Positions 1 to 9,263 of a stretch of 64,000 nucleotides of DNA are shown one piece after another. The stretch's first letter is position 1; every line of letters starts with the position of its first letter. Under the pieces are notes generated by a model. That model ran no database searches and had not been told where the DNA came from. It saw only the letters and a list, made by a program, of their open reading frames with translations. The position numbers and the translations under genes are program-made. The stretch is from IMG/VR virus record IMGVR_UViG_3300022548_000001. One strand, 5' to 3'. The DNA comes from an uncultured virus (IMG/VR IMGVR_UViG_3300022548_000001). Lineage: Duplodnaviria; Heunggongvirae; Uroviricota; Caudoviricetes.

Positions 1-346
1 ATATAATATATTGAAAAATATATATTTATATATATATATATAATATTAAATAGGGTTTTTTTACCTGTTTGTAGATGCGGCCGTATTTTTTTTTACTACG
101 AGTTTTTCAAAAAAATGCATATGGTGCATGAAAAATATGGGTGGATACCTTTTTTGAGGTGCGTAGCTGATGCCACTTAACTCAATTTAATCTTTATAAC
201 TTTGTAATTTACAATGTATTACGAATTTAGTTTTTGCAAATTTCAAGATTTTTTCAATTTTAACTTACGAAGATTCGGGTAATGTAGAAAAAATATTTGA
301 TTTTTTCTTTATTTTATAATATATTTTTTATAAAGGAGGTTTTAAT

Positions 347-1261
347 ATGCAGGCTCCGATATTTGAAAAAATAAAGCAACAGCAAAAACAGCATTCCCTT
401 TCAGATGAAGTCAACCATCAGCCTTCTTCAGATAAGCCGCAGCAACAAAACCAGCCTAAACCTTCAGAAACGCCTCAGAAAGAAAATTTCAAAGACCCTT
501 TCGCTATTCATGCCGAAAATATAGCGAAACGAGGAGCGGCTACCGATAGGATGGTTAAATCAGCTATTGATTTCAAAAACAATGAAATGATAAGTAAGAT
601 TAACGAGTCATTATCGAAAAAAGATTCAATAAAAGATGATATTAAAGAATTTGAAGAACAGGAAAAAATTACTGATGAAGAGCTTGAACTGGCTCAACAG
701 GTTATTTTCAAGGGGTACGCGGAGTATAATATTAAAATCCCAAATATTCCAAATCATACTTTTACTCTTTGCACTTCTTCAGCTGAAGATGTGAGCGTTA
801 TCGACGAAATTATTTATGAAATGGTAAAATCAAAAGAAAATGAAAAAGGGAATGTAGATTTACCGGCGCAGCATGTTGAAACAATGCGCGCGGCTCTTTT
901 TCTTGCTCTTGGGTTTAAAGGCGTTGATGGAAACGATTTTTGTGACGAGCCTGTTAATCAATTAATGACGATAAAAAGGGCCGTAATAAAAGTAAAAGAG
1001 CTCGAGTATACGGGTGAAATAAAAAAAGCGGGAGAATTGAATGAAAGTCTAAAAAAGGCTTTAAAATATAGGGCTATCAGATTAAGAAGATATCCAACCC
1101 CGGTTATCGATTTTCTTTCTTCAAAGAAGTATGAATTTGATAATAAAATGTATCTCATAATGATGTCGGACAAAATACTCCCAAAATCCTCGGGTCAGTC
1201 ACGGGATACGCAAGAGCTCTCTTTGTCTATCAAGGAAAACAATTCGAATACGGGTCAGTAA
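347..1261 (+). CDS. Putative tail assembly chaperone (lambda gpG-like position)
   Basis: 304-aa ORF with strong SD AAAGGAGGT, directly upstream of the tape-measure-like gene, with a slippery heptamer near its 3' end. Confidence 0.65.
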   Translation: MQAPIFEKIKQQQKQHSLSDEVNHQPSSDKPQQQNQPKPSETPQKENFKDPFAIHAENIAKRGAATDRMVKSAIDFKNNEMISKINESLSKKDSIKDDIKEFEEQEKITDEELELAQQVIFKGYAEYNIKIPNIPNHTFTLCTSSAEDVSVIDEIIYEMVKSKENEKGNVDLPAQHVETMRAALFLALGFKGVDGNDFCDEPVNQLMTIKRAVIKVKELEYTGEIKKAGELNESLKKALKYRAIRLRRYPTPVIDFLSSKKYEFDNKMYLIMMSDKILPKSSGQSRDTQELSLSIKENNSNTGQ

Positions 1262-1485
1262 AAGAGTCTATTGCTATCGCTATTTTACAAAGACAAAAAG
1301 CGAAAGAATATCTCCAGCCGCTTTTTGCCGTGGCTGACCCAACAAAAGCGGGAGAATTATTAAAACATTACAGGTCGACCGTTTTTCCTGAAGATAAGTT
1401 TGATGATTTAAAATATTACAAAATGGCGAAAAAAACATTTGAAAAAATGCGCTCTATAGACATTACGGCGTTTCCCGTGCAATAA
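1180..1485 (+). CDS. -1 frameshift extension of the tail chaperone (gpGT-like, about 379-aa fusion 347..1485)
   Basis: C CCA AAA heptamer at 1180-1186, correctly phased. The -1 frame is open from 1147 to TAA at 1483-1485 (ILGSVTGYARALFVYQG...ITAFPVQ) with no early start codon. Confidence 0.75.
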   Translation, partial: PKILGSVTGYARALFVYQGKQFEYGSVKESIAIAILQRQKAKEYLQPLFAVADPTKAGELLKHYRSTVFPEDKFDDLKYYKMAKKTFEKMRSIDITAFPVQ

Positions 1486-1505
1486 TACCGTCATAAATGT
1501 ATAAT

Positions 1506-1541
1506 AAAGGGTGGGTACATTTTTGCCCGCCCTTTGTTTTT
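1506..1541 (+). terminator. Intrinsic terminator-like hairpin
   Basis: AAAGGGTGGG...CCCGCCCTTT stem followed by GTTTTT. Confidence 0.6.
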
Positions 1542-1551
1542 ATATATATTA
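1539..1551 (+). promoter_or_regulatory. Candidate late promoter TTTATATATATTA (second copy 38999-39011)
   Basis: Identical 13-mer in two intergenic regions, each just upstream of a structural gene. Confidence 0.35.
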
Positions 1552-1562
1552 TTTATCATATT

Positions 1563-4500
1563 ATGATGGCTCCACCAACCCCTCCACCATATGGAACAGG
1601 TCCGGCAAATTTTGCCAATCCCAGTGGGAACGAAGGACCTTTTTCTCCTTTTGATAACACCATAAATTATCAAAATATGGCCCGTTATCAAATGGTGACT
1701 CAATATAATCAATACCAGCCGATCCCGTCGTTCAGTTATCCTCTTGCGCAGCAGAGAAAAATGCTTCTTGATTCTCGATATTCTTATGGGGATACTTATG
1801 GAATATATGATACTGCGGCGTATTATAATCGAAACGCCGCTCTTCAAAGAACGGCGTATTCAGCCGCAATAGGAAGCTCTGCGGCTAATTGGATGGCGTG
1901 GGGAGCCGCTTCAGCTGGAACGGCGGCCGCAGGAATTGGCGGAATAACAGGTTTTTTTGCCCCGCTTATATTAACCTCTCCTCTTTCTTCAATAATAACG
2001 AAAAGGGCTCAAGAAACACTTGATCGGCAAAAGTATATGCAATCAATAGCCCTTGATTTACAAATAAATCGTGAACGGCTTGGTATGAGGGGAATAACGT
2101 ATAATGAGGCCTCGTCGGCTGGTATGGTGATATCAAATTGGATGATGTCTGAAAAGGGGCGTTTTTTTAACCCCGAACAAATGTTAAGAATACAAAAAAT
2201 AGGGATAGCAAGTGGATTACTTACGGCTGGCGGAAGAAACGCGGGAACGATACAGCAATATGTTCAAAATGTAAAAGATTTAATTTCCGCCACCGAGGAT
2301 ATTGTAAAAACGCTTCAGACAACGGCTGATGGCGCGCTTTCATTAATGAAAGAATTAAACAATACGGGTTTTACGAGTCTTAATCAGATAAAACAACAAG
2401 TAAAAATGGCTAAAGCAATCGGCGGAATGACAGGTATTGGAACGCAAAATGCATTTCAACTTGGAGCGGCCGGCGCTCAGGCTGTACAAGGAACGCCTTG
2501 GAACGCGGCTGTTGGCGCGTCTATGTTTCAAATGGGAGGCGTCGCTGCAAGAGCCATTTCCGCATCGTCAGCGCAAGGGGCGTACGCTGTTGAAAGAGCT
2601 GGGGGTATCGCGCAAGCCGGAGCAATTATAGCTGGGACGCAGATGAATATTCTTCAATCCGCCATTGGAACAAGAATGGCCGCTTATATCATGAACCCAA
2701 ACGGGACATTAAACCAAAATAGATTGTCTGAATTGCTCGCCGGAAAGCCTACCGCTTATCAGGTTGTAAGCGGCGCCAATGCGACTGGATTTGCAATGGG
2801 ACAGGACCGTGTTAGGTTTGAAATGTTTAAGGGTGATTTATGGAATCAGCTTTCCGATACTGAAAGAATATCTTTGACGCGGCAGGCTTTTAGGCTCTGG
2901 GGGCAAGGAAGGTATGGGTCTTTAGAAAATAAAGCTTGGGTGTTTGCCGGACAATACACCAATGATCTGAATTCAAGAAGAATTTTTTATGAAAGTTTAA
3001 TTGGTCCAAGCGGAGCTGGTTTTTTAGCGGCGGAATCTTACTATAATCAATTAATGGAGGTGGAAAGAGCAAGAAGCGGTCCGATAGGGGCTCAATGGCC
3101 TAGATTACAAAGGTTTTGGAGAGAAGGCATTCGCAGACCTGTAGAACTCATGACGGATCAATTTATTGATTTTGCCGATATTCTTGGCCGTGGCGTATCC
3201 AAAGTAGCCGCAGGTATTGCGTGGGATCTTGGCCCTGGTTTAGTAAATATAGCCGCCACTAGCCTTGGTATAGACCCTTACGGAATTTATGAAAGGCGCA
3301 GGCCGTATACAAAAGACATGGAAACTACATATAAGCGTCTTTTAGGCCTTTCGACGACAGGGGATATATCAAGAGGAATTATGGCGATGAGAAGCCTTGG
3401 ATCTGAAGGTATTCCAAGAATTACTCCAATAAATATTAGAGGGTTTGGTGATGAAAGATGGGAATCGATAGTACGAAAAACGGATCCAAAAATTTTAAAT
3501 GATATTCTGGCGAGATTAACGACGTCTCTTGCCACCGGGACTGCAGCCTCTGAAATGGAAAGTATAGCGGTCAAGAGATTTCTTCAAACTGATTTAAGAG
3601 ATTGGGGGTATAGAAGAAGTCAAATGCCGGGATTGGCCGCCGGAATCGTCGAATCAATTACGGGAACGCTTCAATCGATGAGTAAAAAATATGAAAACGC
3701 GACGGGGGAATATAAAAATTGGTATCGAACGCTTTCCGTTGAAAAACAGAATGGTGTTGAAAGTCAATTAAATCAATTAAGAGTAATGATAAGTCGTAAT
3801 AATGGATTGTTTGAAACCCCTATTGAAAATCAAAAAACCGGCATGATGCTGGTTAAAGCCGGATCGGAAATCATGAACGTTCCGATAGCTGTTGGAAGAC
3901 TTGCGGTCGCCGAGAGCGATTACTATCGAAGAGTAAATTCTGTGAAAGGATTAAAAAGCGATTTAATTGATTATGCCGGTATTGAAAAAAGCATTCAAAC
4001 AAATATTACAAACGTAATAAGAAATTATATACCACAATATGTTTCGGAAAAAATAAGAGGAGCTGCCGGCGCCGGAAAGACGTCTCTTGCTTTATCATCT
4101 TTGAGCGCTATAAATGCAGAATACAATTTAAATACGAGTATAGAACAAAAAAGGAATGAATTTGAAGCCGCAAGTTTGGCGGTTAGGGCGGACAGAGCCC
4201 AAGGAATCATATCTAGAAGTAATATAAAAAATATGAGAAGGGCCGGTTGGAGATATAATATTGCAAGGATATCTAAATGGGTTTTGGGAAAATCTCCAAT
4301 CAAAGCGTTTGCCCAGGATGAGTTTGGCGTTGACATTTCTACGCCGGCCGGCGCTCTTGAATTGGCGAGTCAAATGGAAGAGGCGTATAGAATCGCCGAG
4401 GCCGGCGGCGCTTTAGGGGAAATGACGCCAAGACAAATGAATCTTACGAAGCTGGGGGATACAATGATGAGACCCCCAGGCGCCATGAAAGAAATTTCTA

Positions 4501-5069
4501 TTCGTCAATATTTTCAACAGAATTTCAATGAAAGAGCGCGCGCTGACGTTGAAATGGCGGTGACGGGTCTTATTAATCAAGCGCAGGTATTAGGGTTTAA
4601 AACCGATCGGGAGGCATGGATAAATCTTTTAAGTGATCCTGAGAATAAACAATATCTTTCAAAATTAATGCCGGCAATTAAAGAAATGACGGGACAAACG
4701 GAAGACGTAATATATAGTTGGCAAAAGTCCGGCGGCAAATTAATATCAAATATTTTAAATAAAATTGTCCCGGAAAAAGTATATTCGTCGTCTAAAATTA
4801 TTCAATTAATTAACGAAGAAAAGAAAAGATTGCTTGCTGATAAGAACGCGAAAATGAAGGAGGATGTCGCCGCTCTTGTCGGCGGAAACGTAAATATGTC
4901 AGGAGAAAAAGCCATAAAAATTCTTAATGACGCATTACAAAATGAAACGGCAAAAAATATTGCATTAATGACTGAAATGATGGTTTCAGGTATGAGCGGT
5001 AAAGGCGGCAACACCACATCCGTCGGATCGCCTATCATGAATTACTGGAATAACAGGTGGATTTTATAA
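1563..5069 (+). CDS. Tape-measure-like protein
   Basis: About 1170 aa, Ala/Gly/Gln-rich and helical, between the frameshifted chaperone and baseplate genes. Start moved to ATG 1563/1566 because 1497-1560 overlaps a terminator. Confidence 0.65.
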   Translation: MMAPPTPPPYGTGPANFANPSGNEGPFSPFDNTINYQNMARYQMVTQYNQYQPIPSFSYPLAQQRKMLLDSRYSYGDTYGIYDTAAYYNRNAALQRTAYSAAIGSSAANWMAWGAASAGTAAAGIGGITGFFAPLILTSPLSSIITKRAQETLDRQKYMQSIALDLQINRERLGMRGITYNEASSAGMVISNWMMSEKGRFFNPEQMLRIQKIGIASGLLTAGGRNAGTIQQYVQNVKDLISATEDIVKTLQTTADGALSLMKELNNTGFTSLNQIKQQVKMAKAIGGMTGIGTQNAFQLGAAGAQAVQGTPWNAAVGASMFQMGGVAARAISASSAQGAYAVERAGGIAQAGAIIAGTQMNILQSAIGTRMAAYIMNPNGTLNQNRLSELLAGKPTAYQVVSGANATGFAMGQDRVRFEMFKGDLWNQLSDTERISLTRQAFRLWGQGRYGSLENKAWVFAGQYTNDLNSRRIFYESLIGPSGAGFLAAESYYNQLMEVERARSGPIGAQWPRLQRFWREGIRRPVELMTDQFIDFADILGRGVSKVAAGIAWDLGPGLVNIAATSLGIDPYGIYERRRPYTKDMETTYKRLLGLSTTGDISRGIMAMRSLGSEGIPRITPINIRGFGDERWESIVRKTDPKILNDILARLTTSLATGTAASEMESIAVKRFLQTDLRDWGYRRSQMPGLAAGIVESITGTLQSMSKKYENATGEYKNWYRTLSVEKQNGVESQLNQLRVMISRNNGLFETPIENQKTGMMLVKAGSEIMNVPIAVGRLAVAESDYYRRVNSVKGLKSDLIDYAGIEKSIQTNITNVIRNYIPQYVSEKIRGAAGAGKTSLALSSLSAINAEYNLNTSIEQKRNEFEAASLAVRADRAQGIISRSNIKNMRRAGWRYNIARISKWVLGKSPIKAFAQDEFGVDISTPAGALELASQMEEAYRIAEAGGALGEMTPRQMNLTKLGDTMMRPPGAMKEISIRQYFQQNFNERARADVEMAVTGLINQAQVLGFKTDREAWINLLSDPENKQYLSKLMPAIKEMTGQTEDVIYSWQKSGGKLISNILNKIVPEKVYSSSKIIQLINEEKKRLLADKNAKMKEDVAALVGGNVNMSGEKAIKILNDALQNETAKNIALMTEMMVSGMSGKGGNTTSVGSPIMNYWNNRWIL

Positions 5070-5081
5070 TAGGTAAATTTT

Positions 5082-5894
5082 ATGAATAATTCAAATCCGT
5101 TCGTTTCTTCTCATCATTTTGACGATAATTTGAGGCCGTATACGACGTCGTCAATTGACCACCCTGATTGTCTTTCGACTATTGTTCTTTATACCGACGA
5201 ATTTACCGGATTTAGCTCTTATAATATGAATAAGCAAGGCGTTGCGTATGACGACCCAAAAAATATGACACTTGTACAGGGAATGAGCGTAGCAAGCTCT
5301 CCCGAAGCGGATCTTGGAAAATCGCTTCCACAAGGAATTCCAACGCTTGAAAAACAGGCGAAAAGCGGAAATATGTCTGGTGCCAAATTTTTTGCCATAT
5401 TTAATAATTTTTCTCTTATACAAGTCGAAGAGTCAAAAGACCAGATAGCAAAGCTTCATCAGAATTTTGGGGCGAATTGGAGCCTGTTCTTTTTCGGAGA
5501 ATCTCCGTCTATGTATACGTTTAGCGGAGTTTTTATTGATAGTTGGAATTATCCTTATTATCAAGAATTCATGGTTATGTATGATGTCGCTTTATCAGGA
5601 AGAAAATGTGTTGAAAATAAATATAAAATGAAAATTATTTATGATAATAAAATGATTGGCGGGTATCTTTTAAGAATAAGAATTCTTAATTCCGCGGCGA
5701 ATCCTGGCCAGAAAACATTTGTATTTAATGTTATTGGAAATTCTGAAGATTATATGCGGTATAATCTTACTTTAAAATCTGATAATCTCAGTGTTATGCA
5801 TCCTTCGGCCTTTAATGCGCTGAACAATGGACATCGGGTTCTTCGGCAATATCCGCATATGTTAACGAATCAAAATCTTGAACAGGCGGAATAA
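5082..5894 (+). CDS. Tail tube initiator/baseplate-associated protein (putative)
   Basis: 270 aa, follows the tape measure; FFFGESP..YTFSGVF pattern resembles tube-fold proteins; TAATG-coupled to the next gene. Confidence 0.4.
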   Translation: MNNSNPFVSSHHFDDNLRPYTTSSIDHPDCLSTIVLYTDEFTGFSSYNMNKQGVAYDDPKNMTLVQGMSVASSPEADLGKSLPQGIPTLEKQAKSGNMSGAKFFAIFNNFSLIQVEESKDQIAKLHQNFGANWSLFFFGESPSMYTFSGVFIDSWNYPYYQEFMVMYDVALSGRKCVENKYKMKIIYDNKMIGGYLLRIRILNSAANPGQKTFVFNVIGNSEDYMRYNLTLKSDNLSVMHPSAFNALNNGHRVLRQYPHMLTNQNLEQAE

Positions 5895-8578
5895 TGGCCA
5901 AAAAACAAGCGTATAATTATGAATTTAAGATGTTGCTTGAAGGGATCGCCATTCCTTTTAAGAGCGCTGAAATTGTTTGTACGCCGAACGGTGTTGAATT
6001 TAACGTTAACGTGCCCGTATGCGCGGAGTTATTTGATTTGAAGCCAAAAACAATGGTTCAAATTTTTTTCCGTGAATGGTACGCAAACAACGAAAAATGG
6101 AAAGATAATTCGACTCCGGCATGGCGATTAATGGCCGACGGATTTTTAAGCGCGTTTGTTGTTGGAGAAGATTCGACCGGCGGACGCTCAGTAGCTTTAA
6201 TATGCAGAGATTTCAGAATGGATATTCGAAAATCTCCGGCAGCTCTTGCATACGTTGATCAGGAAGAGATGGTTGGAGAGGTTAGAACTCAATATAGTAT
6301 TCACGGATTAATGCAGCAGATTGTGATTCCAGGTCTTGATGAAAATAAACCCGCGACCCCTGATACAAGAATTTACTCAAATGATCGTTTAATGGATCTT
6401 GGGGCTATGATAGCGCGGATTGCCGGAACATCATACGGTAATATAACGGAAAACGCGGCAAATGGCGGGAATCTTTTAGATAATTGGAAACTTTCCACAA
6501 ACGAAAAGACTGAAGCGGAAATGCAGGCCGAGAGAAGATCGGCTCACCCAAAAAATCCTCAAAAGAAATATGCAAATGGAGGATTGTTTCTTGATGCATT
6601 TATACGAGGATTATGGATGGAAGCTGTTGGCGGGACTACGGCGAATTCCTTTCTCAATAAAAGGTTAAGGGTTGATAAGCGAGTCCTGGTTCCTAGAAAT
6701 TATGCTGGATTTAATTTTTTTCAAAGAAATAATTTTGGCCTTGAGGTTGGAACCGTCGTTATGGGCAACGCCAGATTTTCCAGCCTTGAGGCGGCTATGA
6801 TGAATGTCGCTGGATTATTCTCTGTTCGGGTATATTCATGCAGCACTCCGTCTTTAATATCTCTTCAAAAAAATTCTCCAGGGCTTGAATATGTTCTTGA
6901 TGAAAAAGTGCGTGAATTTATGGTTGAAAAACACGCGGAAGAATTTGGCCAGCCGTTCATGCTGAATGAAACAATGCTTCTTCCCCCATTAGAATTTACT
7001 GCACCGCCGAATTGCAATTTATTTTTCCCCCCTATGTATGATAGGGTAAGCTGGCAATATGATATGGACAGCGATATTACGCGGGGCTATTTTCATTTAA
7101 TAAGTTCGTTGAACGTTCCGGGCGGCAGTGATTTTGGAGAAATTAATTTTCAAATTCCAAACGGCTTATTTAATATGTCCGCGGAAAAAAAGAATAAAAA
7201 ACCACCGTTAACACTTGAAGAAAGATATAAAGGGGTAAGTGTTTATCACGGCTCTGTCGAATATAATTTGGCCGCAGGAGACGTCGTAAGGAATTTTGGG
7301 CTCACTATAACCAATGATAAAGGAAAATTAGTGTTTGCTGATGCGGCGTCAAAAGCTAAAAAAAATGAAAAAGAAGCGCAATCTTCTTCCCCACCTGTCG
7401 GTGGAGGGGAGGACGTGCAATCTGACGCACAATCCGCAATTAATAAAGCAAAAGAAAAGGCCGCCGCTCAATTATCGAAAAAGAAACTGGAATCATTTGA
7501 AAACAATGTAGCGAATGCTTACAAACGCCACGCTGCTATAAAGTACCTTAATACAAAATTTGCCGGCAGAGTTGTTACCGTTGATATGGCGTTTAACCCG
7601 TTTGTTATGTGTGGATTTCCGGGTGCGATTATCAGCGCAAAGAATGAAATTGGAACGAATGTGACAAAAACCATTCTTGGAATGGTTCAGCAAGTGAGTC
7701 ATACTATTTATATAACTGGAGAATCGGCTGAAGCGGCCACAACCGTTATAATGAATAACGCTCGATTTTATGACGAGCCGACCGATCTTGATATGAATGG
7801 AATGCCGTTGTATATGAAAGCGACGAATCCGAAAGACGCCGATTTCTCATTATCAAATTATGAATTTACTAATCCTAACGGAGTTCCCTATTCGGTTCCA
7901 AATGCTCAGCCGGCCGCTCAAGTTATGCCGCAGGAAAATGAATATTTTGATTTGGGAGAAGAAGTGTCTAATCAAAAAGGATATGTATATGTAAAAGATT
8001 TTCTTACTTCAAGCGCCGAGGACGTTGGAAGAGGAAGAGACGAAAATATTTATGTCGATCGATCATATGAACCAAATAGAATCGCTAAATTTTATGATAA
8101 AGTATTTGGTCATAAAACCCCCCATTTTATGATAGGAAATTATATAAAAGAAGACGGTAAACCTGGAAATTTTGTTTATGACACAATGCATGAGGCTTTA
8201 TTAAATCTTGAAAAAAACAATCAATTAATGACTGATTATGAATACTGTATACAATTTGTACGAAGAAATATTTGTTCGGCGAACGCGTTTTATCATGCAA
8301 TACTTGGGCTTTCAAGCGGAGAAATTTCAAAACAATCAGGAATTCAATATGTTAATTATCCCGCAGGGCAATATGACGATGAAGAGCCGATAAAATATTA
8401 TGGCGTTCCAACGGAAAAAATTTCTTCAATACCCAAAAATATTGGATTAAGAGCCGGCGGATTTAGCAGTATACGAGAGTCGTCGCCGGTTACAGCCATC
8501 ATTAAAGAAAGGCGCGACGCTGTTGAAGCGTACTATCGTGCGTTGAAAAATAATGTTACAGGGGTGAAAGATGGATAA
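5894..8578 (+). CDS. Baseplate hub-like protein (putative)
   Basis: 894 aa. LICRD and V.MAFNPF...GFPG...GMVQQVSHTI segments resemble gp27/gpD-type hubs; gene order agrees. Confidence 0.45.
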   Translation: MAKKQAYNYEFKMLLEGIAIPFKSAEIVCTPNGVEFNVNVPVCAELFDLKPKTMVQIFFREWYANNEKWKDNSTPAWRLMADGFLSAFVVGEDSTGGRSVALICRDFRMDIRKSPAALAYVDQEEMVGEVRTQYSIHGLMQQIVIPGLDENKPATPDTRIYSNDRLMDLGAMIARIAGTSYGNITENAANGGNLLDNWKLSTNEKTEAEMQAERRSAHPKNPQKKYANGGLFLDAFIRGLWMEAVGGTTANSFLNKRLRVDKRVLVPRNYAGFNFFQRNNFGLEVGTVVMGNARFSSLEAAMMNVAGLFSVRVYSCSTPSLISLQKNSPGLEYVLDEKVREFMVEKHAEEFGQPFMLNETMLLPPLEFTAPPNCNLFFPPMYDRVSWQYDMDSDITRGYFHLISSLNVPGGSDFGEINFQIPNGLFNMSAEKKNKKPPLTLEERYKGVSVYHGSVEYNLAAGDVVRNFGLTITNDKGKLVFADAASKAKKNEKEAQSSSPPVGGGEDVQSDAQSAINKAKEKAAAQLSKKKLESFENNVANAYKRHAAIKYLNTKFAGRVVTVDMAFNPFVMCGFPGAIISAKNEIGTNVTKTILGMVQQVSHTIYITGESAEAATTVIMNNARFYDEPTDLDMNGMPLYMKATNPKDADFSLSNYEFTNPNGVPYSVPNAQPAAQVMPQENEYFDLGEEVSNQKGYVYVKDFLTSSAEDVGRGRDENIYVDRSYEPNRIAKFYDKVFGHKTPHFMIGNYIKEDGKPGNFVYDTMHEALLNLEKNNQLMTDYEYCIQFVRRNICSANAFYHAILGLSSGEISKQSGIQYVNYPAGQYDDEEPIKYYGVPTEKISSIPKNIGLRAGGFSSIRESSPVTAIIKERRDAVEAYYRALKNNVTGVKDG

Positions 8579-9263
8579 TGAATCGCAAAAAATACTTGAA
8601 TGGCAAAAAAGTAAAAATCCGGTTATTTTTACGGAATTGATGTCTAAATATCAGCCCATTGTCAATTCCGTCGTAAATAAATATAGGACGGTAGGAATTT
8701 CTCCGCCAGTTTTAAAATGTGAAGCCTCCGCTCAACTTGTCAAGGCGTTTAATACGTATAATCCAAAAATGGGTGCCGCACCGTCAACGTATATATGGAA
8801 TCAAATGCAAAAAGTTCAACGAGTCGCCACCGAAAGCCTTTCTTCAGGACATATACCGGAATATAGAAATTTAAAGAAATCCACTTTTTTAACCGTAAAA
8901 ACTAATCTTGAGAATCGTCTTGGATATGAACCGAGCGTGGACGATTTGGCGGATGAATTAAAATGGGATAGATCAGAAGTGGCGAGAATGAACGCTGAAC
9001 TTGGCGGCGAGGTTACCGCTTCTCAGGCTGAATTTGATTTCTATGGAAATGATATACAAAATAAAAGTAAAGATTACGCCCTTGCTGAATATTTATATCA
9101 TGAACTTAAAGGAAAAGAAAAAACGGTAATGGAGCATGTGTTTGGGTTTGGAGGAAAACCTATTTTAAATAATAAAGAAATAGCTAAAAAATTAAATACA
9201 AACGAAATGGCCGTAGTGAGAATGAGAAAGAAATTGGCCGAAAAAATAAAGGAATATCGATAA
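8571..9263 (+). CDS. Phage sigma-70 family factor (FliA/SigB-like architecture)
   Basis: Region 2 (LVKAFNTYNP..G...STY), region 3 (LGYEPSVDDLADEL) and region 4 HTH (NKEIAKKLNTNEMAVVRMRKK). Confidence 0.85.
   Translation: MDNESQKILEWQKSKNPVIFTELMSKYQPIVNSVVNKYRTVGISPPVLKCEASAQLVKAFNTYNPKMGAAPSTYIWNQMQKVQRVATESLSSGHIPEYRNLKKSTFLTVKTNLENRLGYEPSVDDLADELKWDRSEVARMNAELGGEVTASQAEFDFYGNDIQNKSKDYALAEYLYHELKGKEKTVMEHVFGFGGKPILNNKEIAKKLNTNEMAVVRMRKKLAEKIKEYR

Noticed and set aside
1..60. Replication origin or terminal repeat at the TA-dinucleotide tract
   Set aside because: It lies at the window edge, with no iterons or DnaA boxes recognised, so it cannot be supported.
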